A DNA stretch of 64,000 bases from Bradymonadia bacterium (GTDB lineage: Bacteria > Myxococcota_A > Bradymonadia > UBA7976 > UBA1532): contig JBKAGE010000040.1 in assembly GCA_046290225.1 (NCBI GenBank), positions 32,001 to 96,000 of the forward strand, read 5' to 3'. Both the position numbers and the translations under genes were made by a program. Positions within the stretch are counted from its first letter, which is position 1. Each line of letters starts with the position of its first letter. Under the pieces are notes generated by a model. It did no database searches. It was given only the letters and a program-made list of their open reading frames with translations, and was not told the DNA's origin. This document shows, in pieces, positions 49,993-60,332 of this stretch.

Positions 49993-52055
49993 AGTTGATT
50001 CGCGTGGCCGCTGGGGCCCTCAACCAGACCCCACTCGACTGGGCGGGCAACCGCCGCCGTATCCTCGACCTCATCGCCGAGGCACGCACTGCCGGGGCCA
50101 CAGTGCTCTGTCTGCCAGAGCTGTGCATTACGGGCTACGGCTGCGAAGACGCCTTTCAGGCCCCCCACGTCACCGAGAAGGCCTGGCAGATCCTGCTCGA
50201 GGTGGCGGCGCACTCGACGGACATGGTGGTGAGCCTGGGCCTGCCGGTGCTCTTCAACAATGTGCTCTACAACTGCGCCGCGCTGCTCGTGAACGGCCAG
50301 GTGGTGGGGCTGGTGGCCAAGCAGTACCTCGCCGGCGATGGGATCCACTACGAGCCCCGCTGGTTCAAGGCCTGGGAGATGGGCGAGGTGCTCACCTACC
50401 GCGGCGCAGGCCCCGATGGCCCTCTCGAAGTGCCCATCGGCGATCTGCACTTCGAGGTGGGCGGGGTGCGCATGGGCTTCGAGATCTGCGAAGACGCCTG
50501 GGTGGCCCAGCGCCCGGGGAGCGTGCTCGCCCGCCGTGGGGTCGACATCATCTTGAACCCCAGCGCCAGCCACTTCGCCTTCGACAAGTGGCGCCTGCGT
50601 GAGCGCCTGGTGCTCGAAGGGGCCCGGGCCTTCGGGGTGACCTACGTCTACGCCAACCTGCTCGGGAACGAGTCGGGCCGGGCGATCTACGACGGGGGCA
50701 CCCTCATCGCCTGCGGCAGTCAGATGCTCGCCCGTGGGGGCCGCCTGACCCTGGCACCCTCGACGCTGATCCACGCCATGATCGACGTGCAGCACACCCG
50801 CATGCTCCAAGCCCGCACGGTGAGCCTCAAACCCGATCTCGCCTACATCGAGCGGGACGATCGGGTGCGGGTGCCCTTCGAGTGGCCCGCCCACGAGCCC
50901 GCCAACGAGCAGCCCAACCTCGAGCCCTGGGTCCGAGGGCGCCTCGACGAGCCCGAAGATGTAAAGTGCGAAGAGTTCACCCGGGCCGAAGCCCTGGGCC
51001 TCTTCGACTACCTGCGCAAGAGCCGTTCTCGGGGCTTCGTAGTGTCGCTGAGCGGCGGCGCGGACTCCGCAGCCTGCGCGGCCCTGGTGGGGGTCATGGT
51101 GCGCCTCGCCCTCGCCCACCCGGCCCACATGCGCGACGCTCTCGGCTACATCCCCGCGGTGGCGAAGCTGCTCGACGGGGTCGAGTCGGTGGACTTCGCC
51201 GGAGATCCGTGGGGTCATCCCCTGGCTCAACAGCTCACCCAGGCCCTCCTCGTCACCGCCTACCAGGGCACCCGAAACAGCTCCGACGTGACCCGCAACG
51301 CCGCGGCGGACGTCGCCTCTGCGGTGGGGGCTACACACCATGATCTCGACGTGGACGGCTTGGTGGAGCTCTACCGCGGCATCACCGAGAAGGCCCTGGG
51401 TCGCCCTCTCACCTGGGATCAGGACGACATCGCCCTGCAGAATATCCAGGCCCGCGTCCGCGGGCCCAGCGTGTGGATGCTCGCGAACATCCATGGCGCC
51501 CTGCTGTTGTCGACCTCGAACCGATCCGAGGCCGCCGTGGGCTACGCCACGATGGACGGCGACACCTGTGGCGGGCTGAGCCCCATCGCCGGCATCGACA
51601 AGGATTTTCTGCGGGTGTGGCTGCGCTGGATGGAGCACAACGGGCCCTTCGGCCTCGCGGCGCTGTCGGCGTTGAACAGTATCAATGTGCAGCAGCCCAC
51701 GGCGGAGCTTCGCCCACAAGATCAGGGGCAGACGGACGAAGACGATCTGATGCCCTACGATCTGCTCGACGACATCGAGCGGGCGGCGATCCGCGACAAG
51801 CTCTCGCCCCTGGCGGTGTACCGCCTGATGCGGGTGCGGTTCCCTCAACACAGCGCCGACGACATGCTGACCTGGGTGGAGCGCTTCTTCCAGCTGTGGT
51901 GCCGCAATCAATGGAAGCGTGAGCGTTACGCCCCGTCGTTCCACCTCGACGACGCCAACCTGGATCCGAAGACATGGTGCCGGTTCCCGATTTTGTCCGG
52001 GGGTTACTGGGAAGAGCTCGCCGAGCTACGGACGTACGTGAGGGACAAAACCTGA
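49989..52055 (+). CDS. nadE: Glutamine-dependent NAD+ synthetase
   Basis: CN-hydrolase domain ([13 protein letters not shown]); [45 protein letters not shown]. Confidence 0.94.
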   Translation: MKLIRVAAGALNQTPLDWAGNRRRILDLIAEARTAGATVLCLPELCITGYGCEDAFQAPHVTEKAWQILLEVAAHSTDMVVSLGLPVLFNNVLYNCAALLVNGQVVGLVAKQYLAGDGIHYEPRWFKAWEMGEVLTYRGAGPDGPLEVPIGDLHFEVGGVRMGFEICEDAWVAQRPGSVLARRGVDIILNPSASHFAFDKWRLRERLVLEGARAFGVTYVYANLLGNESGRAIYDGGTLIACGSQMLARGGRLTLAPSTLIHAMIDVQHTRMLQARTVSLKPDLAYIERDDRVRVPFEWPAHEPANEQPNLEPWVRGRLDEPEDVKCEEFTRAEALGLFDYLRKSRSRGFVVSLSGGADSAACAALVGVMVRLALAHPAHMRDALGYIPAVAKLLDGVESVDFAGDPWGHPLAQQLTQALLVTAYQGTRNSSDVTRNAAADVASAVGATHHDLDVDGLVELYRGITEKALGRPLTWDQDDIALQNIQARVRGPSVWMLANIHGALLLSTSNRSEAAVGYATMDGDTCGGLSPIAGIDKDFLRVWLRWMEHNGPFGLAALSALNSINVQQPTAELRPQDQGQTDEDDLMPYDLLDDIERAAIRDKLSPLAVYRLMRVRFPQHSADDMLTWVERFFQLWCRNQWKRERYAPSFHLDDANLDPKTWCRFPILSGGYWEELAELRTYVRDKT

Positions 52056-52095
52056 GCATCACAGAGCACCATGGGCGCTGTGCTAAGGTGGGCGC

Positions 52096-53412
52096 ATGAA
52101 GACCGACTGGGAAACAATCTACAACCGGTTCGACCCCGAAGAGCCCGTGCCTTTTGCCCACCACGAGTGGCGGGTCAGGCGACGCTACAGCCCTCTGGAG
52201 CAACTCAATCCCCAACTCAACCGGCCTTTCGGTGACAAGCGTTTTGTCATCATCGGCACTGTAGGCACCGGTAAATCCACCGAGCTGCTCGCCCTCGCCG
52301 AGTCGAGGATCGAGCGTGACTTCGTGGTGGTGGTCGATCTGTGGTCATTCTTCGACCGGTTGGGTGATCCTTCCGCCCTCGATCACATCCAGCCCTGGGA
52401 GGCCATCTTCCTCACGGGCATTCACATCTACCGTGCCGCCATGGAGCGCGGGCATACATGGTCATCAGAGCGCACCGACGCCTTACAAAAAGCACGTCAG
52501 GCGTTCGAACCAGCAGAGGCGTCCTCCATCGACATCTTCAAGCTGGCTCAGGCCATCACCGTGGTGGTCGGTGGCGCGCTCGGTGGTGTCGCCACCCCCA
52601 TCGCCACGGGGCTGAGCAAACTCGCGGCAGTGGGCAAATGGACTGTGCAAGTGGGCCGTAGAGCTAAGGTTCAGGAGCAAGACGAGAAAGTTCAGACGCT
52701 GCTCAACGCCGTCAACGCGCTGTTGGGGGATCTCAACGCTCAAGGCAAACGAGTCGCCTGCTTCATCGACGGCCTAGATCGAGTGCGGGCCCTCGACACC
52801 GTGGAGCACCTCTTCACCGAATCGACTTTGCTGGGGCACCTGAACTGCGCCACGGTCATGACCGGGCCCATCTTGATTCGCCGGGAAGGCCTTGGCGGCG
52901 CGCTCCGTCAATTCAAAGTGCAGGTGCTCTCCAATGTGCCTGTGCTCGATCGAGAAGCACCACTCTCTGGAGTCACGACCAACGGCTCGCATTTCTTCAG
53001 AAAAGCCTGGTCTGCTCGTACACAAGACGGCGACTTGAGCCACGCGATCCCGGAGCCCCTCCTGGATCAGCTCGCCTGGGCCAGCGGAGGCCGGGCGCGC
53101 AACTTCATGCGGATGATTCGCGAGGTCGTGCAAGAAAGCTACAGCGCCCAGCTCGATGTCACGACCCAAGACATCATCGAAGCGGTCATCGATCAACAGC
53201 GCCGCGATCTCGAGATGGGCATCAACCTCGGGCACCTCGAATTGCTCAAGAAGGTCGTGCTCAACAAGGGTCAGTTGCCCGAAGATGAACGCATCCTCGA
53301 CCTGCTCAAGCGATTCTGGCTCTTGCCTTATCCCAACGAAAGCGAATGGTACTACCCAAACCCTCTGTTGCTTCTGGTGAAGCTCAAAGACGCGCTGAAC
53401 ACAGTTGGCTGA
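52096..53412 (+). CDS. P-loop ATPase (AAA+/STAND-like)
   Basis: Walker A GTVGTGKST; Walker B CFIDGLD; ASGGRAR; C-terminal YPNESEWYYPNPL. Confidence 0.82.
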   Translation: MKTDWETIYNRFDPEEPVPFAHHEWRVRRRYSPLEQLNPQLNRPFGDKRFVIIGTVGTGKSTELLALAESRIERDFVVVVDLWSFFDRLGDPSALDHIQPWEAIFLTGIHIYRAAMERGHTWSSERTDALQKARQAFEPAEASSIDIFKLAQAITVVVGGALGGVATPIATGLSKLAAVGKWTVQVGRRAKVQEQDEKVQTLLNAVNALLGDLNAQGKRVACFIDGLDRVRALDTVEHLFTESTLLGHLNCATVMTGPILIRREGLGGALRQFKVQVLSNVPVLDREAPLSGVTTNGSHFFRKAWSARTQDGDLSHAIPEPLLDQLAWASGGRARNFMRMIREVVQESYSAQLDVTTQDIIEAVIDQQRRDLEMGINLGHLELLKKVVLNKGQLPEDERILDLLKRFWLLPYPNESEWYYPNPLLLLVKLKDALNTVG

Positions 53413-55583
53413 AGAGGCTGCATCAGAGCCTCACATTTGGCAGAGGCAAGCGACTCATCATTCTGCGTGGCGCAGGCCCTGAGCACCTCGGCCCCGTGAC
53501 CCGTATGCTCTGGTCCATCGGAGAGGCTCATGTGTGTCTGCGGTTCCCGCATCTGCTCGAATGCCCTCCTGAGAGCACCGTCGTGTACGTTCTCCAACCC
53601 GACGAGTTCGCTCAGGCCAACATCGCACGGCCGATCTTCAACGAGCGTCGCCTGAAAGCCATCCTCCTCGTCAGCGATGAGACATACATCTCGGCCATGA
53701 GTCACGCGCCAGATTTGATGGACTGGGCCAGCACCACCCTCGCAGCCGAGCCGGTGATCCCGAGGTTCGCGGTGGATGGGCTGCGTTTCTTGGCGAAGAT
53801 ATTCCCCTGTATCCACTGGGGCGGTGACGTCGAGTCTGCCCTCAAAGCGCTCACCCTCGCCTTTCCAGCCCAGCAACACCGAGCAGCACCACCAGCTTCC
53901 AACTACACACAACTCGTCGAAGACCTTGCCGATGTGCGCGGATGGCGGGTGGTTCTCGTACGTGATGAGGCCGAGGCCCTGCAATTGCGAGCCGCACGGG
54001 CGGAAGCGCGACGACGCGGCCGTGTCCTCGCCGTGGGCCCCCATGTGCCCGGCTGGCCTTTGGTTGATCCCGCTGTCGCACCATGGGCGGCCCTCGCGGC
54101 CTCAGGCATATCAGGAGAGCAAATCGCTGAGCATGATTGTGAGGCCGCCGCTCTGCTCCACCCGATCATCAACCGCCCTGCTCTGGAGGCGCTGTCGGGC
54201 GTTGGCAGCCTCCCAGAGCTACGACGGGCTCTCAAAGACGCAGATCTCCCAGAGATACGCAAAGCGCAGCGCGCGAGGGCCCGCCGCGCCCTACGTGAGC
54301 ATGTCATCGACGACTTTCACCACGTCGCAGCATGGGCGGACGTCACCCGGGCAAGCCCAGAGTTGGAATTGGGGTTCACGAGGCTCAACGCCGCGGCCTT
54401 ACCCGCCCTGCACCGCAATCGACGTTGGCGACACGCCGCACATATCGCCCAGAAGATGTCATGGTTCGACCTCGCACACAGTTGGGCGCTCAGAGCCGTC
54501 GAACACAGCGAGCATGCCCACGGCCATCACCACACTGAGCACCGTAACGCCCTTCAGACACTTGGGCATGTCTTGGTGGAACAGGGACGCCTCGAGGAAG
54601 CAGAGCGCGCTCTCATGCCCATGCTGCCTGAAGGCAACACACTCAACCTCAAACTCGATGCTGAGACAGATGAAGACCTGCTCATCTTGATGGGCATGCT
54701 CTGGTCTGAGCAAGAGAGGCACGCACAATCCGAATATGCTCTGAGAAGAGCCCTGACTCTGAGCCAGGACGATCACACGCTCGTCTGGGCATCTCTCATC
54801 TTGAGCGAGGTCAAACTCAAGCAGCGTCAGATTGCAGAAGCCGAAGCGCTGTTGTTCCAGAGCTTGGAGGCTCTGGAAAGGTACGACGCACCAGATGCTG
54901 AGGAGCGCGCCACCATCGAATGGTTCTTCGCCAGGGTGGCGATTCAACAGAGCCGCCCGTCAGATGCCGAAGCACACTTCAAACGCGCGCTGAAACACCA
55001 TCGTGCCAACACGGGCGAGATGACCTTGATGTACGCCACGATACTCTCCGAGGCTTCTCAGGCGTTGATTTTATTGGACAGACATGTAGAGGCAGAGGTG
55101 CTCGCACGCCGCGCGGTCAACATCTTCGAGACGGTCGCCCGCCAACACCCACTGATACACGCCGTGCGCTATCGCCTTGGGATCGCGTTGACCTTCAAAG
55201 GGCGCCCTCAACAGGCAGAGGCACTCTTGCGCACAGTCCTGAGCGACATCTCGGAGCGAGTGTCTATGTTAAAGGCTCAGGTGCTAGCAGGCATCGCACG
55301 CACGTTGATATTTCAGGGTCGATACGCGGAGGCGCTGGATTTCTTTGAGCAGGCCTCAGCGCTTCATCTCGACCTCTTCGGTGACATGCACCCCAACTAT
55401 GGCATCTCACTCTTCGATTTTGCAGCCCACCTCGAGCAGTTCGACTCACAACGCAGCCTGCAGCTCGCCCAAAGAGCCCAGAAGATCCTGGTCCGTACAC
55501 TCGATGAAGATCACCCTGTCCGGCAGGCGCTCGAGGCATTGATCGAGACGCTCATACAGACACCTCCACTGACATCACTATGA
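53346..55583 (+). CDS. TPR-repeat protein with probable degenerate NTPase-like N-terminal region
   Basis: Kinesin-light-chain-like TPRs (QGRYAEAL, GDMHP, DEDHP); APDLMDW motif; overlaps the ATPase stop. Start uncertain. Confidence 0.72.
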   Translation: MVLPKPSVASGEAQRRAEHSWLKRLHQSLTFGRGKRLIILRGAGPEHLGPVTRMLWSIGEAHVCLRFPHLLECPPESTVVYVLQPDEFAQANIARPIFNERRLKAILLVSDETYISAMSHAPDLMDWASTTLAAEPVIPRFAVDGLRFLAKIFPCIHWGGDVESALKALTLAFPAQQHRAAPPASNYTQLVEDLADVRGWRVVLVRDEAEALQLRAARAEARRRGRVLAVGPHVPGWPLVDPAVAPWAALAASGISGEQIAEHDCEAAALLHPIINRPALEALSGVGSLPELRRALKDADLPEIRKAQRARARRALREHVIDDFHHVAAWADVTRASPELELGFTRLNAAALPALHRNRRWRHAAHIAQKMSWFDLAHSWALRAVEHSEHAHGHHHTEHRNALQTLGHVLVEQGRLEEAERALMPMLPEGNTLNLKLDAETDEDLLILMGMLWSEQERHAQSEYALRRALTLSQDDHTLVWASLILSEVKLKQRQIAEAEALLFQSLEALERYDAPDAEERATIEWFFARVAIQQSRPSDAEAHFKRALKHHRANTGEMTLMYATILSEASQALILLDRHVEAEVLARRAVNIFETVARQHPLIHAVRYRLGIALTFKGRPQQAEALLRTVLSDISERVSMLKAQVLAGIARTLIFQGRYAEALDFFEQASALHLDLFGDMHPNYGISLFDFAAHLEQFDSQRSLQLAQRAQKILVRTLDEDHPVRQALEALIETLIQTPPLTSL

Positions 55584-55867
55584 CGCCATACATCAAAGTC
55601 ATCGTCTTCGCCCTCGTACCCACCTTCGCCAACCTCGTGATGGGGTTGCCGTGGAACGCCCCGGCCACCGACGGCCCAATGTGGTGGCACTTCATCCGGC
55701 AGGTGGTCACCGTGGGCATCTGCGGCTACACCGTGATGATGCTCTCCCTCGCAGCGCTGAGCGCGCGCCTGCCCGACGATCGCCCGCGAGATCCGAAGCA
55801 GCCCCTCCGTGTGGCGATCATGATCGCGCTGCTCATCTTCGCGGCGTGGTCGTGGTATCCCGCCTGA
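55580..55867 (+). CDS. Small hypothetical membrane protein (about 3 TM)
   Basis: ATGA overlap with the TPR gene; three hydrophobic segments. Confidence 0.6.
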   Translation: MTPYIKVIVFALVPTFANLVMGLPWNAPATDGPMWWHFIRQVVTVGICGYTVMMLSLAALSARLPDDRPRDPKQPLRVAIMIALLIFAAWSWYPA

Positions 55868-55880
55868 ACACCGTCCTCAC

Positions 55881-57938
55881 TCACCACCAGGCCGAGAGCA
55901 TCAGTCTCACCATACGGGGCGAGCCCGGGATCACGTGGGCCACCGGCAACTGACTGCGGGGCTGCGTCGTGTCCCACCACGATGCGTAGACGTACTCCCC
56001 CTCGTGCCAGCGTGTGTCGAGCAGGTTCTGCACTTGTAGATCGAGGGCCCACCAGTCGGCACGCCACCCCAGGGCGCCATCGACAACCTGGGCAGCCTTT
56101 GCCTCAGCACCAAAAGCCAATGGCCGTGGGCCGATGGCCGTGGCCAGCATGGAGGCTCGCAGGCCTCGCGGCGGGCTCAATGATGCCTTCACAGTGGCCA
56201 GCAGCGGCGGTGCACCAGGTACGGACTCCCCAGAATCGGTCAACTGAGCCCGAGCCCAGGTGACGTCACTGGAGATCAACCAGTGCCCCCCCGGGCGCAG
56301 CTCCAGCTCGAACTCACCCCCGAGACGCTCAGAGGCCGATTGCTCCACCGTGCGACCAGAGACATGATCGAAGATCGACTCCCGCTCCATCCAGATGCCG
56401 AACACTGCGGCGCCGAGAGTGAGCGCCGGCACAGGTGACCAGCGCAGGCCCAGCTCTCCCTGATCCGAGGCCACGGGGCTCAACTGACCCGTCGCCGCAG
56501 CCTGCGTCTCTGGTGGCCTGATCCCGCGGCCGGCGGCGGCGAGCACGGTAACGTGCCCGCCGAGGGGGGCCCTTCCGGAGATCCGTGGCAAGACGCGGGC
56601 GGTCCAGTCGCGACCCGACGCATTGGTCACGACATCAGTGGCCGATGCAGAGAAGGCGTCAATGCGCACACCGGCGTCGATTTGCACCCCGTTCAGAGGA
56701 AACCACTGCACCCCGGCGCCAGCAGCGAGATGCCCTGCAGTGATCTCGGCGCCGCGATCGAGGGCCCCCTCTGTGCCCTCGGCGGCCGTCGCGGGCTGAT
56801 CCGGGCGCGCAGCGTACAGCCCTCGAGCGGACTGGTCGATGCGATCCAGGCGGCCTTCGACGAGGCCACGCACCATCCAGCTCTCCCCGAGGGGCTTGCT
56901 CACGTGTACCCGGCCACCGCCGCCCCACGTCTCTTCGCGCTGGAGTCGTCGGTCGCCACAATCCGAGTCGCTGCAGTCGGGATCGTTCACCCACCCGGTG
57001 AAGTGCTCGTCGAGGCTCAAATGACGCCAGCGGCCATGGATCTCGCTCTTCACCAGGGCGCCGGCGACGAGCGTTTGATGGCGCAATGCGAGCAGCCCTC
57101 GGGCCGAATCGCCATCGTTTTGATCACTGTAGGCGTCGTACAACCCGATGGAGGTGTCCACATCGGCCCTGCGCAGGGCGCCGGGCAGCTCGAAGTCGGC
57201 GCCATAGGCCAGCGCCATCACCTGAAGCCGATCAGCCCCCTCGCGCCAGAGCGTCCACTGACCGTTGGCAGAGAGGCGCCGGGCGGCACGCCGCGCGCCG
57301 AAGCCTTCGTCCTGCATGGCCTCGAGGGCGACGAAGTCGGAGGCCGCTCGATCCTTGGGGGCCCACATGGCCAGCACGCGATGGCGGCCCGTGTCTCCGA
57401 TTTGGTAGCTCCCCCTGAGGCCCCGCGCCTGCTCTTCCACACCCAGCTCGAATGCCATGGAGCCGGCATTGGCGAAGGGACCCTGATCCAGCTGGGAGGT
57501 CCCCCGTACCACCTTCAGCCGGCGCACGCCTTCGGGGATGACGGCGCCGAGATCGAGGTAGCCATTGCCGTGGATGTTGGACCACTCGTTGAGCGGTACA
57601 CCACCAAGGCGTACTTCGACATCGGCACCATGCGCGGCGTCGAACCCGCGCAAGTAGAGCTGCGGGCCCTTACCCTCGGCGCCGTGCTGGACCACGTACA
57701 CCCCTGGCGCCGCTCGGAGCAGGTCCTCGGCGGATCGCCGCGGCAAGGCCGTGAGCACGCTCTGGTCGAGCGTGCGGCCACCAGCAGTCTCTCGCGATCG
57801 ACGACCCGTGACCACCACTTCGGGCTCCGCGGTGTCGCCCTCGGCCTCCTCTTCGACGATCTCGATGTCTTCCTCAGACTCGAGCTGCCCAAACGCCGCA
57901 GCAGGCATGAGGCACAGGAGCAGGCAGATCAGTCGCAA
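55881..57938 (-). CDS. TonB-dependent outer-membrane receptor
   Basis: Signal peptide; EVVVTG; plug motifs QHGAEGK, YLRGFDAAHGAD, SNIHGNGY; QNLLD; terminal aromatic residues. Confidence 0.9.
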   Translation of the reverse strand: MRLICLLLCLMPAAAFGQLESEEDIEIVEEEAEGDTAEPEVVVTGRRSRETAGGRTLDQSVLTALPRRSAEDLLRAAPGVYVVQHGAEGKGPQLYLRGFDAAHGADVEVRLGGVPLNEWSNIHGNGYLDLGAVIPEGVRRLKVVRGTSQLDQGPFANAGSMAFELGVEEQARGLRGSYQIGDTGRHRVLAMWAPKDRAASDFVALEAMQDEGFGARRAARRLSANGQWTLWREGADRLQVMALAYGADFELPGALRRADVDTSIGLYDAYSDQNDGDSARGLLALRHQTLVAGALVKSEIHGRWRHLSLDEHFTGWVNDPDCSDSDCGDRRLQREETWGGGGRVHVSKPLGESWMVRGLVEGRLDRIDQSARGLYAARPDQPATAAEGTEGALDRGAEITAGHLAAGAGVQWFPLNGVQIDAGVRIDAFSASATDVVTNASGRDWTARVLPRISGRAPLGGHVTVLAAAGRGIRPPETQAAATGQLSPVASDQGELGLRWSPVPALTLGAAVFGIWMERESIFDHVSGRTVEQSASERLGGEFELELRPGGHWLISSDVTWARAQLTDSGESVPGAPPLLATVKASLSPPRGLRASMLATAIGPRPLAFGAEAKAAQVVDGALGWRADWWALDLQVQNLLDTRWHEGEYVYASWWDTTQPRSQLPVAHVIPGSPRMVRLMLSAWW

Positions 57939-58768
57939 TGGCCTTCACCATCGATGTGGCCCACCTGGGCCACCTGAGCCTCGATGAACCCCCAGAGATC
58001 GGTCACGTCGGCGCTGCCCACCTGGTACCGAGCCTCGGCGGTGATGTCGACGGCGGCGAGCTCCGCGGGGGTGATGTCGCCATCGCCGTCTGCATCTGCC
58101 GAAGCGATGAGTTCGAAGGCCACCTGCGGATCGCTGGCGTCGAGATCGTCGAAGAACAGGTGATCGCCGTGGATGGTGAGCTCGTTCGCCCCGCCGCCTT
58201 CACCGAGTTGCGTGTCGATCTCGCAGCCCGTGTAGGTGCGGCTGAGGTCAAAGCCCCACTGAAAGACGAGGGACTGCTCCCCCTTGGTGGCCGACCCGCT
58301 CACCCACACGCTGTAGCCCTCGTCGCGCATCAGCTGTCGCTGAGCCTCGGTGGCGTTGCCCGCCTCGGTGGAAGAGGCCGGCGGCGCGAGGGTGTAATCG
58401 AGCCGATCGTAAGTGCCCTGAGGCAGCATGATCTCGGCGAGCGGGTGGCCGCCCTCCGAGGTCAGGGCCAGGTCGAAGATCGCGGGCCCGGCGACAGCCT
58501 GTAACGCACCGCCTCCCGAGGCGACGCCCGCTGAGTCGAGGGACACCACAAAGGCGTCGAAGGTCACCGACCAGCCGTCGACGAACTCGTCGGCGGGGAT
58601 GCCTTCTTCGATGAAAGACTCCCCATAAATCGTCAGGGCATAACTGCCCTGCGAGGCCTCTGTGCTCTCGTCTTCGTCGTCGCCACATGCGCTCAGAGAG
58701 AGCGCGCACGCGAGGGCGAGGGTCCAGCGCGTCGACACGGCGTTCATGGCAAAGCTCTTCATGGACAT
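57929..58768 (-). CDS. Acidic lipoprotein in the TonB-receptor operon
   Basis: LSAC lipobox; GESFIEEGIP; TIHGDHLF; DADGDGDIT; C-terminal GHIDGEGHC. Confidence 0.78.
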   Translation of the reverse strand: MSMKSFAMNAVSTRWTLALACALSLSACGDDEDESTEASQGSYALTIYGESFIEEGIPADEFVDGWSVTFDAFVVSLDSAGVASGGGALQAVAGPAIFDLALTSEGGHPLAEIMLPQGTYDRLDYTLAPPASSTEAGNATEAQRQLMRDEGYSVWVSGSATKGEQSLVFQWGFDLSRTYTGCEIDTQLGEGGGANELTIHGDHLFFDDLDASDPQVAFELIASADADGDGDITPAELAAVDITAEARYQVGSADVTDLWGFIEAQVAQVGHIDGEGHCD

Positions 58769-59550
58769 CACGGCGTCTCCTGGGTCTCGACGAGATAGAA
58801 ATCGTGGCTCTGGGTGCGTCGCACCAGCAGGTTGTAGGGCGCGCTGCCCACATCGAACGTGAGCATGTCTTCGGATGACTTGAGGGCGTCGAAATCGATC
58901 CCGTCGAAGAGTGTGTCGCCTTCGACTGGGTCGACGAGCACCAGCCTCAACGCCACCTGGGGCTGCGCATCTGCAGACAGCGACAGGCTCATCGGTGCGC
59001 CAGCAAGCGCCCGGCCCGCGTCTTGATCCACGACGCTCTGGAACTCGACGCACTCACCCGCCCGACAGGCCTGACCTTCGAAGATCAGCGTGTGGCCCAC
59101 GAGAGGATCCCCTTCGGGCACATCATCCGTTGTGGCCGTGGTGAACAAGAAGTCCGCACCGCCATACGTCCCTGTCAGGAAGGTCCCTTCGCCGAGGGTG
59201 ACGCCCTCGAGACAGTCCACCACGTGGTGCCCGAACAGCTCTCCGAGCACCACCCCACCGGCGCCGTGACCCGGGTGAGCGTGGGCCTGGCCGATGAGCC
59301 AGGACCACCACGGACGGGCGGCCTGCTCCACGACTTCTTCTGTGAATACAAGCTCGTCGATCACGAACTGGCAACGACTCAGAGTGATCTCGTACTCGAG
59401 ATCAGTGGTCACGGGGGCGCTCGCAGCAGGCGCACTCAGAACAGGCAGGCGCACACTGCTGGCTTCCTTTTCGTCTCCACCACAACTGGCGGCGCCGACG
59501 AGGAGCAACCCCAGACCCCACGGCGCACCGCGCCGAGCAGTCAACATCAT
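58768..59550 (-). CDS. Lipoprotein with AHAHPGH motif in the TonB-receptor operon
   Basis: AASC lipobox; WWSWLIGQAHAHPGHGAGG; GAGGAA RBS. Confidence 0.78.
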   Translation of the reverse strand: MMLTARRGAPWGLGLLLVGAASCGGDEKEASSVRLPVLSAPAASAPVTTDLEYEITLSRCQFVIDELVFTEEVVEQAARPWWSWLIGQAHAHPGHGAGGVVLGELFGHHVVDCLEGVTLGEGTFLTGTYGGADFLFTTATTDDVPEGDPLVGHTLIFEGQACRAGECVEFQSVVDQDAGRALAGAPMSLSLSADAQPQVALRLVLVDPVEGDTLFDGIDFDALKSSEDMLTFDVGSAPYNLLVRRTQSHDFYLVETQETP

Positions 59551-59616
59551 CTTGATTTCCTCGCACTGGGCACGTTGTGCCCAAAACAGCCCGACGTGTG
59601 TCGAGCGGGATCTACA

Positions 59617-60120
59617 TCAAATGTGTTTGGGGGCGAGGAGATCCTGGGGGGGAGCGCGGATGGGCCCCCCGCAAATCACAGCGCGCTGAGGCGCGATCTG
59701 CTCGGGGGGTTGGGGTGTCTCCGCGACAGGCAGAGTGACTGTGAGTGGGAGTGTGATCGCCGTGAGGAGCAACCACGCGTCGCCGTGGGCAAGGCTGCCG
59801 TCGCCGTGGGCGAGGCAACAAACGCCATGGCCCTCCGACGCGTCTTCCGCGTCGTCGGCATCTGTCTCCGGCCCCATATTTTCGGGGGCGAAGAGCGCCA
59901 TCGGGTCGAAGTCGTCGTGGTGCGCACCATGGCCTGAGTGACCATGCTCATGGTGATGCTCATGGGCGTGGTGGTGCCCATGATCGTGTGCTCCATGGTG
60001 ATGCTCAGTGTCGTGTCCCCACATGTGCACAAGGGGCAGCAACACCACGGCCCAGAGCCACAGCCCGAGGGCCAGGGGCCCCCAGCGGCGGACAGCACCA
60101 CGATGTCGCATCGCGCTCAT
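59617..60120 (-). CDS. His-rich leader protein with C-terminal RAPP motif (DUF2946-like architecture)
   Basis: N-terminal TM ending LPLVH; poly-His tract; HGVCCLAH; Pro-rich stretch; PIRAPP at 59647-59664. Confidence 0.72.
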   Translation of the reverse strand: MSAMRHRGAVRRWGPLALGLWLWAVVLLPLVHMWGHDTEHHHGAHDHGHHHAHEHHHEHGHSGHGAHHDDFDPMALFAPENMGPETDADDAEDASEGHGVCCLAHGDGSLAHGDAWLLLTAITLPLTVTLPVAETPQPPEQIAPQRAVICGGPIRAPPQDLLAPKHI

Positions 60121-60332
60121 GGTGCCTCGGATACCATAAACCCATGGCTCATATCGAGCCCCACGGCAGCGCCTTCGAGGGGCAAACACCTGGACGAAGG
60201 CGCAGGGGTTTTCACCGGAAGATCGACAACCCCGAGGGGGTTTCCGCTATCATCCCCACCGCAACGCAAGCGTGACGCGCTTGCTGATCCCACTCGCCTT
60301 CGGGCGCCCCACGAGACGGACCTGTTCGACCG

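Noticed and set aside
49770..51944. Long antisense or alternate-frame ORFs (also 32003-33571, 60969-63005, 6168-7715, 3479-4879)
   Set aside because: Shadow ORFs expected from high-GC codon bias; each lies opposite a gene with clear family motifs.
60121..60332. Fur/Zur box upstream of the metal-uptake operon
   Set aside because: No AT-rich GATAATGAT-like palindrome seen; only a short AACCCC-GAG-GGGGTT hairpin.
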